A DNA stretch of 63,348 bases, counting the filler, from Octopus bimaculoides (lineage: Eukaryota), in assembly GCF_001194135.2 (NCBI RefSeq). It is 5 parts of 5 records of this genome, joined end to end, with 100 filler letters (N's around TTAATTAATTAA, not from the genome) between each part and the next. Parts side by side here need not be neighbours in the genome. Positions count along the whole stretch, not along the records: positions 17,189 to 27,664 come from NC_068982.1; positions 27,765 to 54,550 come from NC_068999.1; 3 more parts are not named here. One strand, written 5' to 3'. The notes under the pieces were generated by a model. The model was not told the DNA's origin. It made no database searches and worked only from the letters and a program-made list of their open reading frames with translations. This document shows, in pieces, positions 23,481-36,200 of this stretch (position 1 is its first letter; every line of letters starts with the position of its first letter). Position numbers and translations under genes: made by a program.

Positions 23481-24163
23481 ACGAGAAAGACAATGTGATA
23501 AGAACAAAATGTAAATTAATACCTCGTTTAGCTCCGTCTTTAGCATCTTGTAATGTGATTTTTATAGCTTCATCCAGTTGGCATTCTTTGATGGTTGCTA
23601 AAATTCGGGTTATTATGAAAAGCTGCCTCAATTGTTTGACATCAGAAATCTCTTTAGGTTTCACCTAAATAAAGAATGGTAAATAAACACAATGGAACCG
23701 AACACTGTCAACTTACAGGAATACCAATTGGTACTTTTTGGTTATCTCACCTCCATTTAAAAAAATTGGGTTATCTCCCCACGTTTTATAAGGAATATCG
23801 GTATTTTATTTAATTTGCGTTGTGGGAGCAACTGTTTTATCGAAAGTGTATATTGTTGCTAAATGTTCTAAATACGAGAGTAGAAAAACAGCCAACAACT
23901 GATGAAGGGCCGTTCTTTATGTTGCTTGTCTTGTCTTCCATTTGTGTCATTCGTTGTTCGAAAAAAATAGTTCATATTCCATGGATTCGTACTTCAAATT
24001 TTTTGTTGTACACATTTCGTGACGTCCTGTGCCCACATATGCATATATATAAATGTATAGATGTAAGTATGTACATACACGTATGTACATACACGCATGT
24101 ACATACACGTATGTATATATGCATATGTATATGACTGAACGTTACGCATCCTCTTCCAAGTAA

Positions 24164-24194
<31 letters not shown>

Positions 24195-26501
24195 NNNNNN
24201 NNNNNNNNNNNNNNNNNNNNNNNNNNNNNNNNNNNNNNNNNNNNNNNNNNNNNNNNNNNNNNNNNNNNNNNNNNNNNNNNNNNNNNNNNNNNNNNNNNNN
24301 NNNNNNNNNNNNNNNNNNNNNNNNNNNNNNNNNNNNNNNNNNNNNNNNNNNNNNNNNNNNNNNNNNNNNNNNNNNNNNNNNNNNNNNNNNNNNNNNNNNN
24401 NNNNNNNNNNNNNNNNNNNNNNNNNNNNNNNNNNNNNNNNNNNNNNNNNNNNNNNNNNNNNNNNNNNNNNNNNNNNNNNNNNNNNNNNNNNNNNNNNNNN
24501 NNNNNNNNNNNNNNNNNNNNNNNNNNNNNNNNNNNNNNNNNNNNNNNNNNNNNNNNNNNNNNNNNNNNNNNNNNNNNNNNNNNNNNNNNNNNNNNNNNNN
24601 NNNNNNNNNNNNNNNNNNNNNNNNNNNNNNNNNNNNNNNNNNNNNNNNNNNNNNNNNNNNNNNNNNNNNNNNNNNNNNNNNNNNNNNNNNNNNNNNNNNN
24701 NNNNNNNNNNNNNNNNNNNNNNNNNNNNNNNNNNNNNNNNNNNNNNNNNNNNNNNNNNNNNNNNNNNNNNNNNNNNNNNNNNNNNNNNNNNNNNNNNNNN
24801 NNNNNNNNNNNNNNNNNNNNNNNNNNNNNNNNNNNNNNNNNNNNNNNNNNNNNNNNNNNNNNNNNNNNNNNNNNNNNNNNNNNNNNNNNNNNNNNNNNNN
24901 NNNNNNNNNNNNNNNNNNNNNNNNNNNNNNNNNNNNNNNNNNNNNNNNNNNNNNNNNNNNNNNNNNNNNNNNNNNNNNNNNNNNNNNNNNNNNNNNNNNN
25001 NNNNNNNNNNNNNNNNNNNNNNNNNNNNNNNNNNNNNNNNNNNNNNNNNNNNNNNNNNNNNNNNNNNNNNNNNNNNNNNNNNNNNNNNNNNNNNNNNNNN
25101 NNNNNNNNNNNNNNNNNNNNNNNNTTCTGAAAGTAAATTTATGTACATCTATGAGAAATCAAACTCAGAAATCTCCCTCAAAAAAAAAGTGTGTGTGTGT
25201 GTGTGTGTGAGCGTACGCATGTATTTCTTTTTGTGAATGCCGACATGATGTGCGATACTTTGTCATAGCTATGGATAAGCTTTAACCAATGGAAAGAACT
25301 CTGGTAAAAACACTTTGGATTATCTTCCATAAAGTTGATAAAAACCGACGAAACGATGTCTCCGTTATGATTGTAATTAAATGACTGTAGGAAGTAAAAG
25401 TATGTGTCGTCAGTCGACACAGCGTATTACTGGTACCTCTTCTATCTGTGCCAGGAGGATGAAAGATTAGTCGGTCCCTGGCTAGACCTCAACTCAGAAT
25501 CTGGAACAACAGAACGAAATTCTCTCTCTCTTTCTCCCTACTTTCTCTCACCCCTCTCCTTCTCCCTCCTCTGTCCCTCTCTCTTCTTCTTCACTCTCTC
25601 CTTCCTCTCTTTCCCACTCTCTCCTTCTCTCCTTCTCCCTACTCTCCCTGCCTTTTTCTCCCCCTTTCCGTCTCTCCCACCTTCTCCCACTGTTTTTCTC
25701 CCACTCTCTCTCTCCTCTCTCTTCTACTCTCTCCCTCCCTCTTTCTCCCCACTCTGCTATTGCTGCTATTGGGTAGATAGATCTACCCCAGGTCAAGAGA
25801 CTGATCGAACATGTCTATGATCAAACATCTCCCGTCCGTGACCATCGCGTCCTTTAGCATATATACCCAGGAATACATCACATAACACTAACTCCTTCTT
25901 TTTAAATAGTTGTGCGTATTTAACATGGAAAAGGTGTAATCACCAGCGTAACAATAAGAAAAGGATGAGAATACTTCATCGCCCACTTCTCTAGTAAGAT
26001 CCGTCTGGAGAGGAGGAGCCTGTCGCAAAGCATGTTTGAAAAAAGATGGATGACAGTGGTAAGATGACAGTGGCACGGTCGGTCAAAAAATAAAAGGATA
26101 AGGAAAAGTGACCAAAAAAAGAAAAAACGACCGGCGGATTAAATCATAAACCCAAAACTAATTTATCATTCGCCATTTATATTTTTAACTTTTCATTCGT
26201 AATTGTAACTTCATCCGTTTTTAAATCATATGTGTAAGAATGTATGTCCGTCCCCTACATGACTTTTGTCTGTCCTTGTTATGTCCCGTCAATGTAAACC
26301 TTTTAATAAGGGAATAAAGAAATTCTGTTGGTTCTAGATTTTCTAAGGTCTAACCACTGACCACGTTACAGCGACCTCCATCTTCGTCGCCACCACTGAT
26401 GTCTCTCACCAACGCCGTCAACAACATCTACACAGCACCAACACACTGCACTGGTTCTAACATATTGCTGTTCGTGAGCTTTCCTCACCAGGGTTAACAG
26501 T

Positions 26502-26760
26502 GGATCTTTTCAATCTGACGGCCAGATTTTTTTATAATTTTTTTTTAACTAAACACTTTGGAACTTCGGATACTGGTAGAATGTGTCATATAGAAGACGG
26601 TTTACTCTTAACGTTTTTGACAAAATTTTGTATTTTAGAAGTTATTTCGTGTTAAAGTTGTTGTATTTGAGTATTTTAAACCAATCAATGACGTGTATTC
26701 AGCTGAAGAAAATTACTGCTGCTGTTTGCAAACAACAATTTCCTGGTCCATTGACAAACA
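26502..26760 (+). mobile_element. Divergent copy of the GGATC-start AT-rich interspersed element (see 50668)
   Basis: Colinear blocks GGATC, AAACACTT..AACTTCG, GAAGTTATTTC.TGTTAAA, AACCAA.CA.TGACGT.TATT. Confidence 0.65.
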
Positions 26761-27087
26761 TATATGTGTAAAAAAATCTCATCATGCAATTGAACCAATG
26801 AAAGAGATTCTACCTAGTCACTCGACACACTAAAAATAGCAGCCAGAGTGTCCCCCTACTTAAATCACACGCCCATTGTACATAATGTCCTAGATTATCT
26901 CTAAAAAGACAGTATGCTGAAAGCTGGAATGTAAATTAGTAATGAGAAACACACGTAGAGCCGGAAGATGCAGCCGATTTTGTCCATTAGTTTGCCTGCA
27001 ATCGTTACTCTTGAACTGTATATGCAACTATTTATTCTCCTTCGAGAGTCAAGATAAAGGGTAAAGTTAGACACTGGAGCTCAGGTC

Positions 27088-27664
27088 TGTGAGGGTTAAG
27101 CTACAGAAGCCAGCTCGTTAGTGCTACAAACTCTTTTTCGTACAAGGAGTGTTTGGCTGTCGATATCGGCTGATGTTGAATAGTGCCTGATATGAACGCA
27201 TCATTGCGCTCTGCTCTCTGTTCTGTCTTTTGCTGTACTGTTCTCAGAATAGTGTCGCAATCAGCCACCCGACTGTATCAGCTTCCAATATCTTCGTAGT
27301 AACGCCTTGTCTCGTGCGCATGCGTAGTCATCAATATCCAAGTTTGGCGCCCTGATTCTTTCTCTTTTCTCGCTGGCCGGCGACGATGGCAGACGTCCAA
27401 CAGCGGAGCTCTCTAACATGTCAGCACCAGAGCTTCACAAATAACCACTTTCCTATAATTGGTGACCCCGAGTAAGAACAAACGCAGCCGAGGATTCTGA
27501 TCTACCAACCGAATTCATGACAGCCAGTTTACAGCGACTCCATCAACAGCATCTCCAGCTACGACTACACACCGCCGTCGCCATCAACAACCACGACGAA
27601 CTACAAGCATCGCCCCGACGTCGCCAACAGCGTCAACATGACATCATTATCACCACACACATAC
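27088..27664 (+). mobile_element. Putative LTR retrotransposon 5' end: LTR, tRNA-Trp PBS (27460-27471), leader
   Basis: TGGTGACCCCGA is the first 12 nt of the tRNA-Trp PBS (TGGTGACCCCGACGTGAT); preceded by CCTATAAT (LTR end would be TA, not CA); LTR start at TGT 27088 is a guess; cut by a linker. Confidence 0.55.
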
Positions 27665-27764
27665 NNNNNNNNNNNNNNNNNNNNNNNNNNNNNNNNNNNN
27701 NNNNNNNNTTAATTAATTAANNNNNNNNNNNNNNNNNNNNNNNNNNNNNNNNNNNNNNNNNNNN
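27665..27764. other. Artificial scaffold linker 44N-TTAATTAATTAA-44N
   Basis: Seen directly. Confidence 0.95.
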
Positions 27765-27804
<40 letters not shown>

Positions 27805-28121
27805 GCAGTAGTGGCTGGGTGATAAGTATATGTAAGTATGTATGTATATATACATATATAGACACGTGTACGTTGGTGGCCGCATATTTGTGTCATATTA
27901 CTGATTGATTGCTAGAAACCTTTATATGTTGGACCCTAATCCTGTTTACATTACACGCATAACATACATACAATGGACACTACACTTTTTCTTTGAACAT
28001 GTTGTGATCACTCTGAGCTCCTTGTAAAGCAAAAAAACAAGCATGAATGCAATATAATATGCTTTCATTCATAAACATCCGCATATACATTTCTATGTAT
28101 GTTTATATTTCTTTGACTATA

Positions 28122-28516
28122 TTACTCTTTTACTCTTTTACTTGTTTCAGTCATTTGACTGCGGCCATGCTGGAGCACCGCCTTTAGTCGAGCAAATCGA
28201 CCCCGGGACTTATTCTTTGTAAGCCTAGTACTTATTCTATCAGTCTCTTTTTGCCGAACCGCTAAGTGACGGGGACATAAACACACCAGCATCGGTTGTC
28301 AAGCAATGCTAGGAGGACAAACATAGACACACAAACACAGACACATATATATATACATATATACGACGGGCTTCTTTCAGTTTCCGTCTACCACATCCAC
28401 TCACAAGGCTTTGGTCGGCCCGATGCTATAGTAGAAGACACTTGCCCAAGGTGCCACGCAGTGGGACTGAACCCGGAACTATGAGGTTGGTAAGCAAGCT
28501 ACTTACCACACAGCCA
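28122..28516 (-). mobile_element. SINE family A, full length, little diverged
   Basis: Reverse complement of the family A sequence with (TACTCTTT)n tail. Confidence 0.92.
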
Positions 28517-28539
28517 ACGGAAACTGAAGGATCATCGTC

Positions 28540-28702
28540 CTATCTCTCTCTCTCTTCCTCTCTCTCTCTTCCTCTCTCTCTCTTCCTCTCTCTCTCTTCC
28601 TCTCTCTCTCTTCCTCTCTCTCTCTTCCTCTCTCTCTCTTCCTCTCTCTCTTCCGCTCTCTCTCCCCCTATCTCTCTCTCTCATTCTCTCTCTCACTCTG
28701 TC

Positions 28703-28780
<78 letters not shown>
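28540..28780. repeat. 12-bp (TCTCTCTCTTCC)n repeat grading into (TC)n/(TGTC)n
   Basis: Seen directly. Confidence 0.9.
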
Positions 28781-28794
<14 letters not shown>

Positions 28795-28797
<3 letters not shown>

Positions 28798-29015
28798 GCG
28801 TGTCTGTTTTTGTGTCTGTTTCTGTCACCGCCACCCACCCCTTGACAACCGATGTTGGTGTGTCGACGACCCCGTAACTTAGTAATTCGGCATAGAATGA
28901 GTGCTAGGCTTCCAAAGAATAAGTTTTGGGGTGGATATCTTCGACTAAAAAAGCCCTATAAAGCAGTGCTCCAGCATGGTCGCAGTCAAATGATTAAATC
29001 TCATAAAAGAATATA
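28795..29015 (+). mobile_element. SINE family A, 3' half
   Basis: Match to family A. Confidence 0.75.
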
Positions 29016-29059
29016 TATATCTTTGTGTTCTTGGGCAAAACACTTCATTTCACCTGGCT

Positions 29060-29510
29060 CTGCGTGTGGGAGATATCTTTCAAGTCCGCAAACCGTCCTT
29101 GTATTGAATACTACTGTAATATTTGGGCAAGTGCGCTATCTTGTCTTATGGATCACTTCGACCGGGTTGAGAAGCAAGTCTCTAATTTGATTGGTCCATC
29201 TTTTGCTTCAACTCTGCACCTCTTGTCACTTCGACATGACGTCACCAGCCTTAGTCTTTTCTATCGTTATTACTACAGCAAAATCTCTGGTGAACTTTCC
29301 TTGTTCCAGATTACATTGTATCATCTCGCCTGACTTGAAACTCAGAACTTGTCCCAAATGCTGATATACTTCCACGAATAAGGAAGTCTTTCTACAGTTT
29401 TAGCTTCTTTTTTTTTTATCGACCTACCTTTTTTTGGAATTCACATCTATCGCATTGTTTTCCTTCTACTTATGATCCGATCTCTTTCAAGTTTAGTGTA
29501 AATTCATTCC
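29060..29510 (+). mobile_element. CR1/L2-group LINE 3' coding relic
   Basis: RPCIEYYCNIWASALSCLMDHFDRVEKQVSNLIGPSFASTLHLLSLRHDVTSLSLFYRYYYSKISGEL is typical of the post-RT C-terminus of CR1/L2/Jockey-group ORF2. Confidence 0.75.
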
Positions 29511-31029
29511 TTTCTTCTTAACTGCTCCTTCTTCATAGTTCCTTACTCTAAGTGGTTTCTCAATTTGCTTGAGATTTTCTTATAAAACCAAAATCTAAAG
29601 GAAAAAGTCATCTTCAAAATGCAGTCTTTACTTTGTTGAGAACGTACGAAAGGAATGGTCATGCAATAATGTTTATTGTGTTTTAATATGTGCATTGAAG
29701 AAGGCAAGGTCGACTTGATTCCATTCGAGGAGGCGTGTTAAACTTCCATTGAATAAGTGCGGGTTCGGAGTTGAGTATCTAAGTTGCACTTAGATAAAGC
29801 TTTGATGTGGCAAGTTATGGTGAGAGATTTTGGAATTGACGGAAAAGAAGCAAGTGAAATATAGAAGGAAGAATGTGGGGCACTAAATGGAGTCGTGAGA
29901 AACATTAGAGTTGCTAATGCTTTGGTTAGAAAGAGCGTGCCATTTGTACACACCGTGATAGTGAGAGATGGCTGAAACCCAATGGCGGGCAATTTCTGAC
30001 AGCGGATTCTCATCTGAGACACGCACAAAAGCTTTACTGATATCTAGGGCAACAACACTACTTTCACCTAATTTCTTGAGGGCGAGATAATCTAATCGCT
30101 CTTATATCAAACGAGCATCACTTCGCACACTTTTGTAATCTCAAAAAATGTAGGACATATTATAAGCTCGCTACAAAACAAAAAAGATCGCTCGTTATGG
30201 TACGTTTATCCGATTCAGTCGATTTTGTATCTTCCTTCGTGCGACCAAATGTATTTTGACAAGACACTAGATTCAACGTTCTTTCGCGCAGTTGAAGCGG
30301 AGCGGGATATAAAAAAAGAAGCTCTCTTATTGCGGCTGTGATCTGCTAAACTATGAAACATTGCTATTTATATTCTTCCTCTGCGTTGAATAGAAATATC
30401 CTTTCCAATAGATTTCCTACCGATGACCACTGTCGGAGAATCGAATTATTCGTAATTACATATTAATTATTCGATGAACCTAATTAAGTTATATTGCGAT
30501 TAAAATGAATTGAACTGTACAGTATAGTGTAACTGCGAGTAGCTTCATCGTTCATATACGTGTGTACAACCAGGAATGCGTGTGTGTGTTTGTGTGTATG
30601 TGTGAGAGAGAGAGAGAGAGAAAGAAAGACAGAATGTGTGTTAGTGAGTATGTATGTAAGTGTATATGTATATATATATATCTGAGTGTGTTAGGTATAA
30701 TATGTGTGTACGCATGTATTAGTTCTGTCAAGTTGCGCTAAAAATAAATCTTTAAAATCTGGTGCTTTAAATGGCGTGGTATGTGAAGCCAATTGCCCTC
30801 AGGTCAGCTGCTTCTTATATAAATAACCACCCACTAACACATACTCGCGTAATTTATACAGTCACAAATTCACATATTCCTGAATATATACGCATATACA
30901 ATGCACATATACACAAATATAAATTTAACCTTGAACACAAACGCACGTACACACACATACACACACACACACACACACACATACACACATATATATACTT
31001 GCAAGCGTTTATGTATACATCATATATTC

Positions 31030-31345
31030 CTTTTCTTTTTATCTTGTTTCAGTCATTTCACGGCGGCCATACTGGAGCACTGCCTTTAGTTGAACAAATC
31101 GACCACATGACATATTCTTTGTAAGCCTAGTACTTATTCTATCAGTCACTTTTTCCGAACCGCTTGGTGACAGGTGCGTATACACACCATAAATACACTA
31201 TATATAGACGATGTGTTTCTTTCAGTTTCTTCTACCAAATCCACTCACAAGGCTTTGGTCAGAAAGCACTTGACCAAGGTGCAACGCATTGGGACTGAAC
31301 CCTGGACCATGTGGTTGGTAAGCACCACACAGCCACTCCTGCACC
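31030..31345 (-). mobile_element. SINE family A with internal deletions
   Basis: Reverse-complement match. Confidence 0.8.
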
Positions 31346-31357
31346 TATATATATATT

Positions 31358-31396
<39 letters not shown>

Positions 31397-31461
31397 AAAT
31401 CCATACCTAATTGCATAATATTTTTATTTGTGCTATATATATGTATATATATGTATGCATA

Positions 31462-32300
31462 TTTTTCATTCATTTTCATTTTATTTTCATTTTCATTTTA
31501 TCTAGTTTCAGCTCATGAGCTGTGGCCATGCTGGGGCACCGCCATTTGGTGTTGCTACGCAATTTTACTTCACGAATTTTACTTCAGGAATTGACATTTG
31601 GTGCATGAGAGAGTTTGATGCAGCTGCTCTCATCTGCGCCTCCTGCCGTGAAGTTGGTTCATCTGGGACACCTAACAGGAAGAGGTCCAGCCTCGTCTTG
31701 AAGACACCTACATCCACTGCATGCAGGTCTCTCAGGTCCTTCGGGAGGATATTGAAGAGCTGTGGACCTTTGAAGCCCAGGCTATTGCAGTATCTTGTCC
31801 TACATCTTGATGGCAANNNNNNNNNNNNNNNNNNNNNNNNNNNNNNNNNNNNNNNNNNNNNNNNNNNNNNNNNNNNNNNNNNNNNNNNNNNNNNNNNNNN
31901 NNNNNNNNNNNNNNNNNNNNNNNNNNNNNNNNNNNNNNNNNNNNNNNNNNNNNNNNNNNNNNNNNNNNNNNNNNNNNNNNNNNNNNNNNNNNNGAGGATC
32001 TTCCAGATGTATATTATGGCATATCTTTCTTGTCTACGCTCTAAGGAATAGAGTCTTAATTTCTTGAGTCTTTCCCAATAGCTTATATGCTGCATAGAGG
32101 CTATCTTCTTCGTGTAGCTTCGTTGGATTGCCTCAAGTTCTGAGATTAATTTGACACTGGTTGGTGACCATAGCTGAGAGCAATAGTTAAAGTGGCTTAG
32201 AACAAGTGTCTTCCAGAGCACCATCATGGTTTCCTGATCTCTTGTTCTAAAAGTCCTTAGAATCCATCCGGTCAGTCGCCTGCATTTCATTGACAAAGAT
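31462..32300 (-). mobile_element. CR1-like LINE, 5'-truncated, with 3' UTR and (TGAAAA)n-like tail
   Basis: CRRLTGWILRTFRTRD..LWKTLVLSHFNYCSQLWSP..LEAIQRSYTK..SYWERLKKLRLYSLERRQERY..NSLGFKGPQLFNILPK..FKTRLDLFLLGVPDEP; stop at about 31565. Confidence 0.9.
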
Positions 32301-32756
32301 ACAACTTCACGGGTAAATGGGGTGTCGTGATTGCCTTCAACTTTATTTCACTTTCCGCGCTCCCTCAGCAGACGGGCGTGATATTACTATGGTCGCAATG
32401 AAAAAAACCGATTGAAATAACCGAGTTTCGTAAAGGTATTTGCACATGGCGATTATTGAGCGTATGCAATATGAGCGCCATTCTCTTACCATTTGATGTC
32501 ATTAAACTAGCGACAAACAAAAAGTGCTTGATTAACCAGATGACACCAACAAACTAAGCTTCACAATGTATTTATTAGCACATGCTCACGTGCAAACGCT
32601 CATATATTTATGTACGTGCATACAGGAAACTCACGTAAAAGCTCACATGTGGAAACCAAAAGCGAATATGAGTTTCCGTAATGGTAACTACCGCAACATT
32701 GTTCGTTCTAACAGAACGTCCTCGTTTTTAAGTGATTATACACATATACCTACATA

Positions 32757-32815
<59 letters not shown>

Positions 32816-33190
32816 NNNNNNNNNNNNNNNNNNNNNNNNNNNNNNNNNNNNNNNNNNNNNNNNNNNNNNNNNNNNNNNNNNNNNNNNNNNNNNNNNNNNN
32901 NNNNNNNNNNNNNNNNNNNNNNNNNNNNNNNNNNNNNNNNNTACATATATATATAGCGAGAGAGGGGGAGATGGAGAGGGAGTGGGGGTGAAAGAGAGCC
33001 AGAGATAGTGACACAGGTGATGAGAGAGAAATGTATATTAAGAGAGAGTGAAATAGAGAATTTGCTCGGTTGACAGATGCATAGACAGATAGGTGGATAG
33101 GTAGGTAGGTAGGTAGGTAGGTAGGCAGGCAGGAAGGCAAGCAGGTAGGCACAGAGATAGACATACAGACAGACAGACAGACAGACATAC

Positions 33191-33252
<62 letters not shown>

Positions 33253-33773
33253 GCTGCTCATATCTTGTTAAGAAGCTGGATAATGATTCTTCCCACGGTC
33301 ATTATTCTCTTTCAGATCCTAATGTTTTTCCTTTTCTTTCTTTTCTTATTCCATTTCGTTTTATTTATTTTATATTTTTGTTTTTGTTTTTAGCCTAAAG
33401 CGCTGAAGTTCACCTAAACATGCGACAATCCCTCTTCACCCACCCCCACAAGCCTTTACACTGATGTTAGAGTCCCCTTTTACTCAAGGGGTTTGCTCCC
33501 CTTCATCTCACACCTTCACCCGACTCCCGCCCATAAAGCGTCCAGCACGCACTAACACGTTCACACTTAAATATTGAAACACTTCTCACGTGTACGTACA
33601 CATACCTACGTATAAACACACCTGCGACAGCACACATGTTTATGTATAATACACAGCTTCATACATACTCTACATAGAGAAACACATACGTACGCACGGA
33701 CATACGTCTGTGTGTGTTTCAGTGCATGTATGTGTATATATGCAATATACATATGTACACACACACACACACA

Positions 33774-33874
<101 letters not shown>

Positions 33875-34093
33875 GGTGGTGCTATTAAGTTAGACATGGC
33901 CTGGACCAACCTGTGGTCGAAACATATCTATATATATATAGCCACATATATATACATATACCTATCTTTGTCTCTGCGAATATATATATTTATTTTTTAT
34001 TTCGATGTGTGTATGTGTGTGTGTATATATATGATATCTGATAAATACGTACGTATGTATGTATGTATGTATGTATGTATGTATGTATGTATG

Positions 34094-34128
<35 letters not shown>

Positions 34129-34139
34129 ATATATATATA

Positions 34140-34315
34140 TGATTGACCGTTGACTGAACACTATTCAATTTTTTTCTCCGTGTTTTTCTCCTTGTCTCCG
34201 TATTCTTTCTGTTGAAGAGCGTAGCTCGAAACGTCAAAGACTTTCCGTATTCCCGAGCGTCATACTAATATATACTTTTGTTATTTACACCACCTGTCCT
34301 CGTCTGTTGTTATTA
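34140..34315 (+). mobile_element. Penelope-like terminal repeat fragment
   Basis: Contains TGAAGAGC..GCTCGAAACGTC, the same motif family as 6144. Confidence 0.6.
34204..34240 (+). ncRNA. Minimal type I hammerhead-like motif
   Basis: UCUUU-CUGUUGA-A-GAGC-GUA-GCUC-GAAA-CGUC-AAAGA: perfect 5-bp stem I and 4-bp stem II, GUC triplet; core has A6U. Confidence 0.7.
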
Positions 34316-34328
34316 TTTATATATTCTC

Positions 34329-34405
<77 letters not shown>

Positions 34406-34843
34406 CACACACAAAAACACCCCCCCCCACACACACACGCACACACACCTACACTCAAGAACACGTGTGCAGTCACACAAATTCGTACATATACCTATTG
34501 TTACTTGCTTCTGCCCTTCCTCTTCTAGCTGGTGTCACAATATTTCCCCCACCAGCGACACCTCAACCATGTCTTCCTGGACGACTTCCTCCACTCCCAC
34601 AACGCTATCATCTCCATCACCACCAGCTTTTCCGTCTCTTTCATTATCTTTATATCCTATGACCACTATCTGCTCTTCCATCATTTACCTGTGGTGAACA
34701 ACAACAACAACAACAGCAACAACAACAACACTGTGTTACTGCTTTTTGGAGACGTTGTTTAACCCTAGGTAGGGACAGAACCGGCAGACAGTTGACTGTC
34801 GACAAATATCGTGCATTTGACATTACTCAATGTATTCAAGCCC

Positions 34844-35140
34844 GGCGAGCTGGCAGAGACGTTAGCACGCCGGACGAAATGCTTAGCGGTATTTCGTCTG
34901 CCATTACGATCTGAGATCAAATTCCGCCGAGGTCGACTTTGCCTTTCGTCCTTTCGGGGTCGATTAATTAAGTACCAGTTACGTACTGGGGTCGATGTAA
35001 TCGACTTAATCCCTTTGTCTGTCCTTGTTTGTCCCCTCTGTGTTTACACCCTTGTGGGCAATAAAGAAATAAGAAACGTTAGCACGCCGGGCGAAATGCT
35101 TTGCAGTATTTCATCTTTCTTTACGTTCTGAGTACAAATT
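34844..35140 (+). mobile_element. SINE B full copy directly followed by a second SINE B head (nested or tandem)
   Basis: Tail AAAGAAATAAGAA runs into ACGTTAGCACGCCGGGCGAAATGC. Confidence 0.85.
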
Positions 35141-35719
35141 TTGCCGGGGCTACTGAGGAAGACACTTGCCCAAGTTGCCATGCTATGAGACTGAACACGG
35201 AACCGTGTGGTTAGGAAACAGTCAATTTATCACACAGCCACATTTGCGTCTACGATGTTATAATAAGTAGGTTCTCTTCAAAAACTATATCTCTTAGTGG
35301 TATTGAGAGTCTTCAATGACCACATAAACTCCAGGAACGAGATATTCATTGTACGTCCACATTTTTAGGAATACATCTTTGTAGAATTTAGAAACAGTCC
35401 GCCAACCTCATATTAAACTATTAAGAACTTGCTTAAGTGTTTTTTGACATTGTTTATTGTAAGGTTGCAGATTTCCATTGTGCTTTTCTTTTTCTCTTCT
35501 TCCTTATCAACGTCCGGTGTTGAAACGTAATCAGCTTAAAAAAAACAAAAAAAAAACATGGCGAAATTAATTAATGTTTCGCCCCGGAAACCCTGGGTAG
35601 CTGTATTCAGCAAGGATTGTGCTTTTTATTATCACATCATCTATTTTTACTTCCTTAACTGATAGAGGGTATTCCACTTGAAGTCTTAGCGCATAATATA
35701 TACATGGACAAGTTGACGT

Positions 35720-35933
35720 AATAATGATAATGCCGAAACTACATCACCACCACCACCACCACCACCACCACCATCATCATCATCGTCATCATCACCATCA
35801 TCGTCATCGTCATCATCATCATCATCATCATATTCAATATCAACATCATCATCGTCATTATTATTATTGGCATCCTATCATGATTACCATCATCATCATC
35901 ATCATCATCGCCGCCGTTGTCGTCGTCATTACC

Positions 35934-35979
<46 letters not shown>

Positions 35980-36075
35980 GCAATAACAGCAACAGCAATA
36001 CCACCACTCCCTGCACCACTGCCACCACCGCACCGTCTTCATTATCCTCCCTCCCCTTCCTCCTCCTCCTCTTTG

Positions 36076-36110
<35 letters not shown>

Positions 36111-36200
36111 GTCGTCATCATCATCATCGTCATCATCATCATCATCGTCGTCATCATCATCATCGTCATCATCATCATCATCCTCATCATCATCGTCATC
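35720..36200. repeat. (CAT/CAC/CAA)n trinucleotide block
   Basis: Seen directly. Confidence 0.95.

Noticed and set aside
23416-23664. 82-aa minus-strand ORF (IKECQLDEAIKITLQDAK...)
   Set aside because: No recognisable family; its 3' end runs into a SINE; no clear splice context
23890-23970. AACTGATGAAGGG...TTCGAAA as a hammerhead
   Set aside because: Stem II only weakly paired, and no helix III, cleavage triplet or stem I
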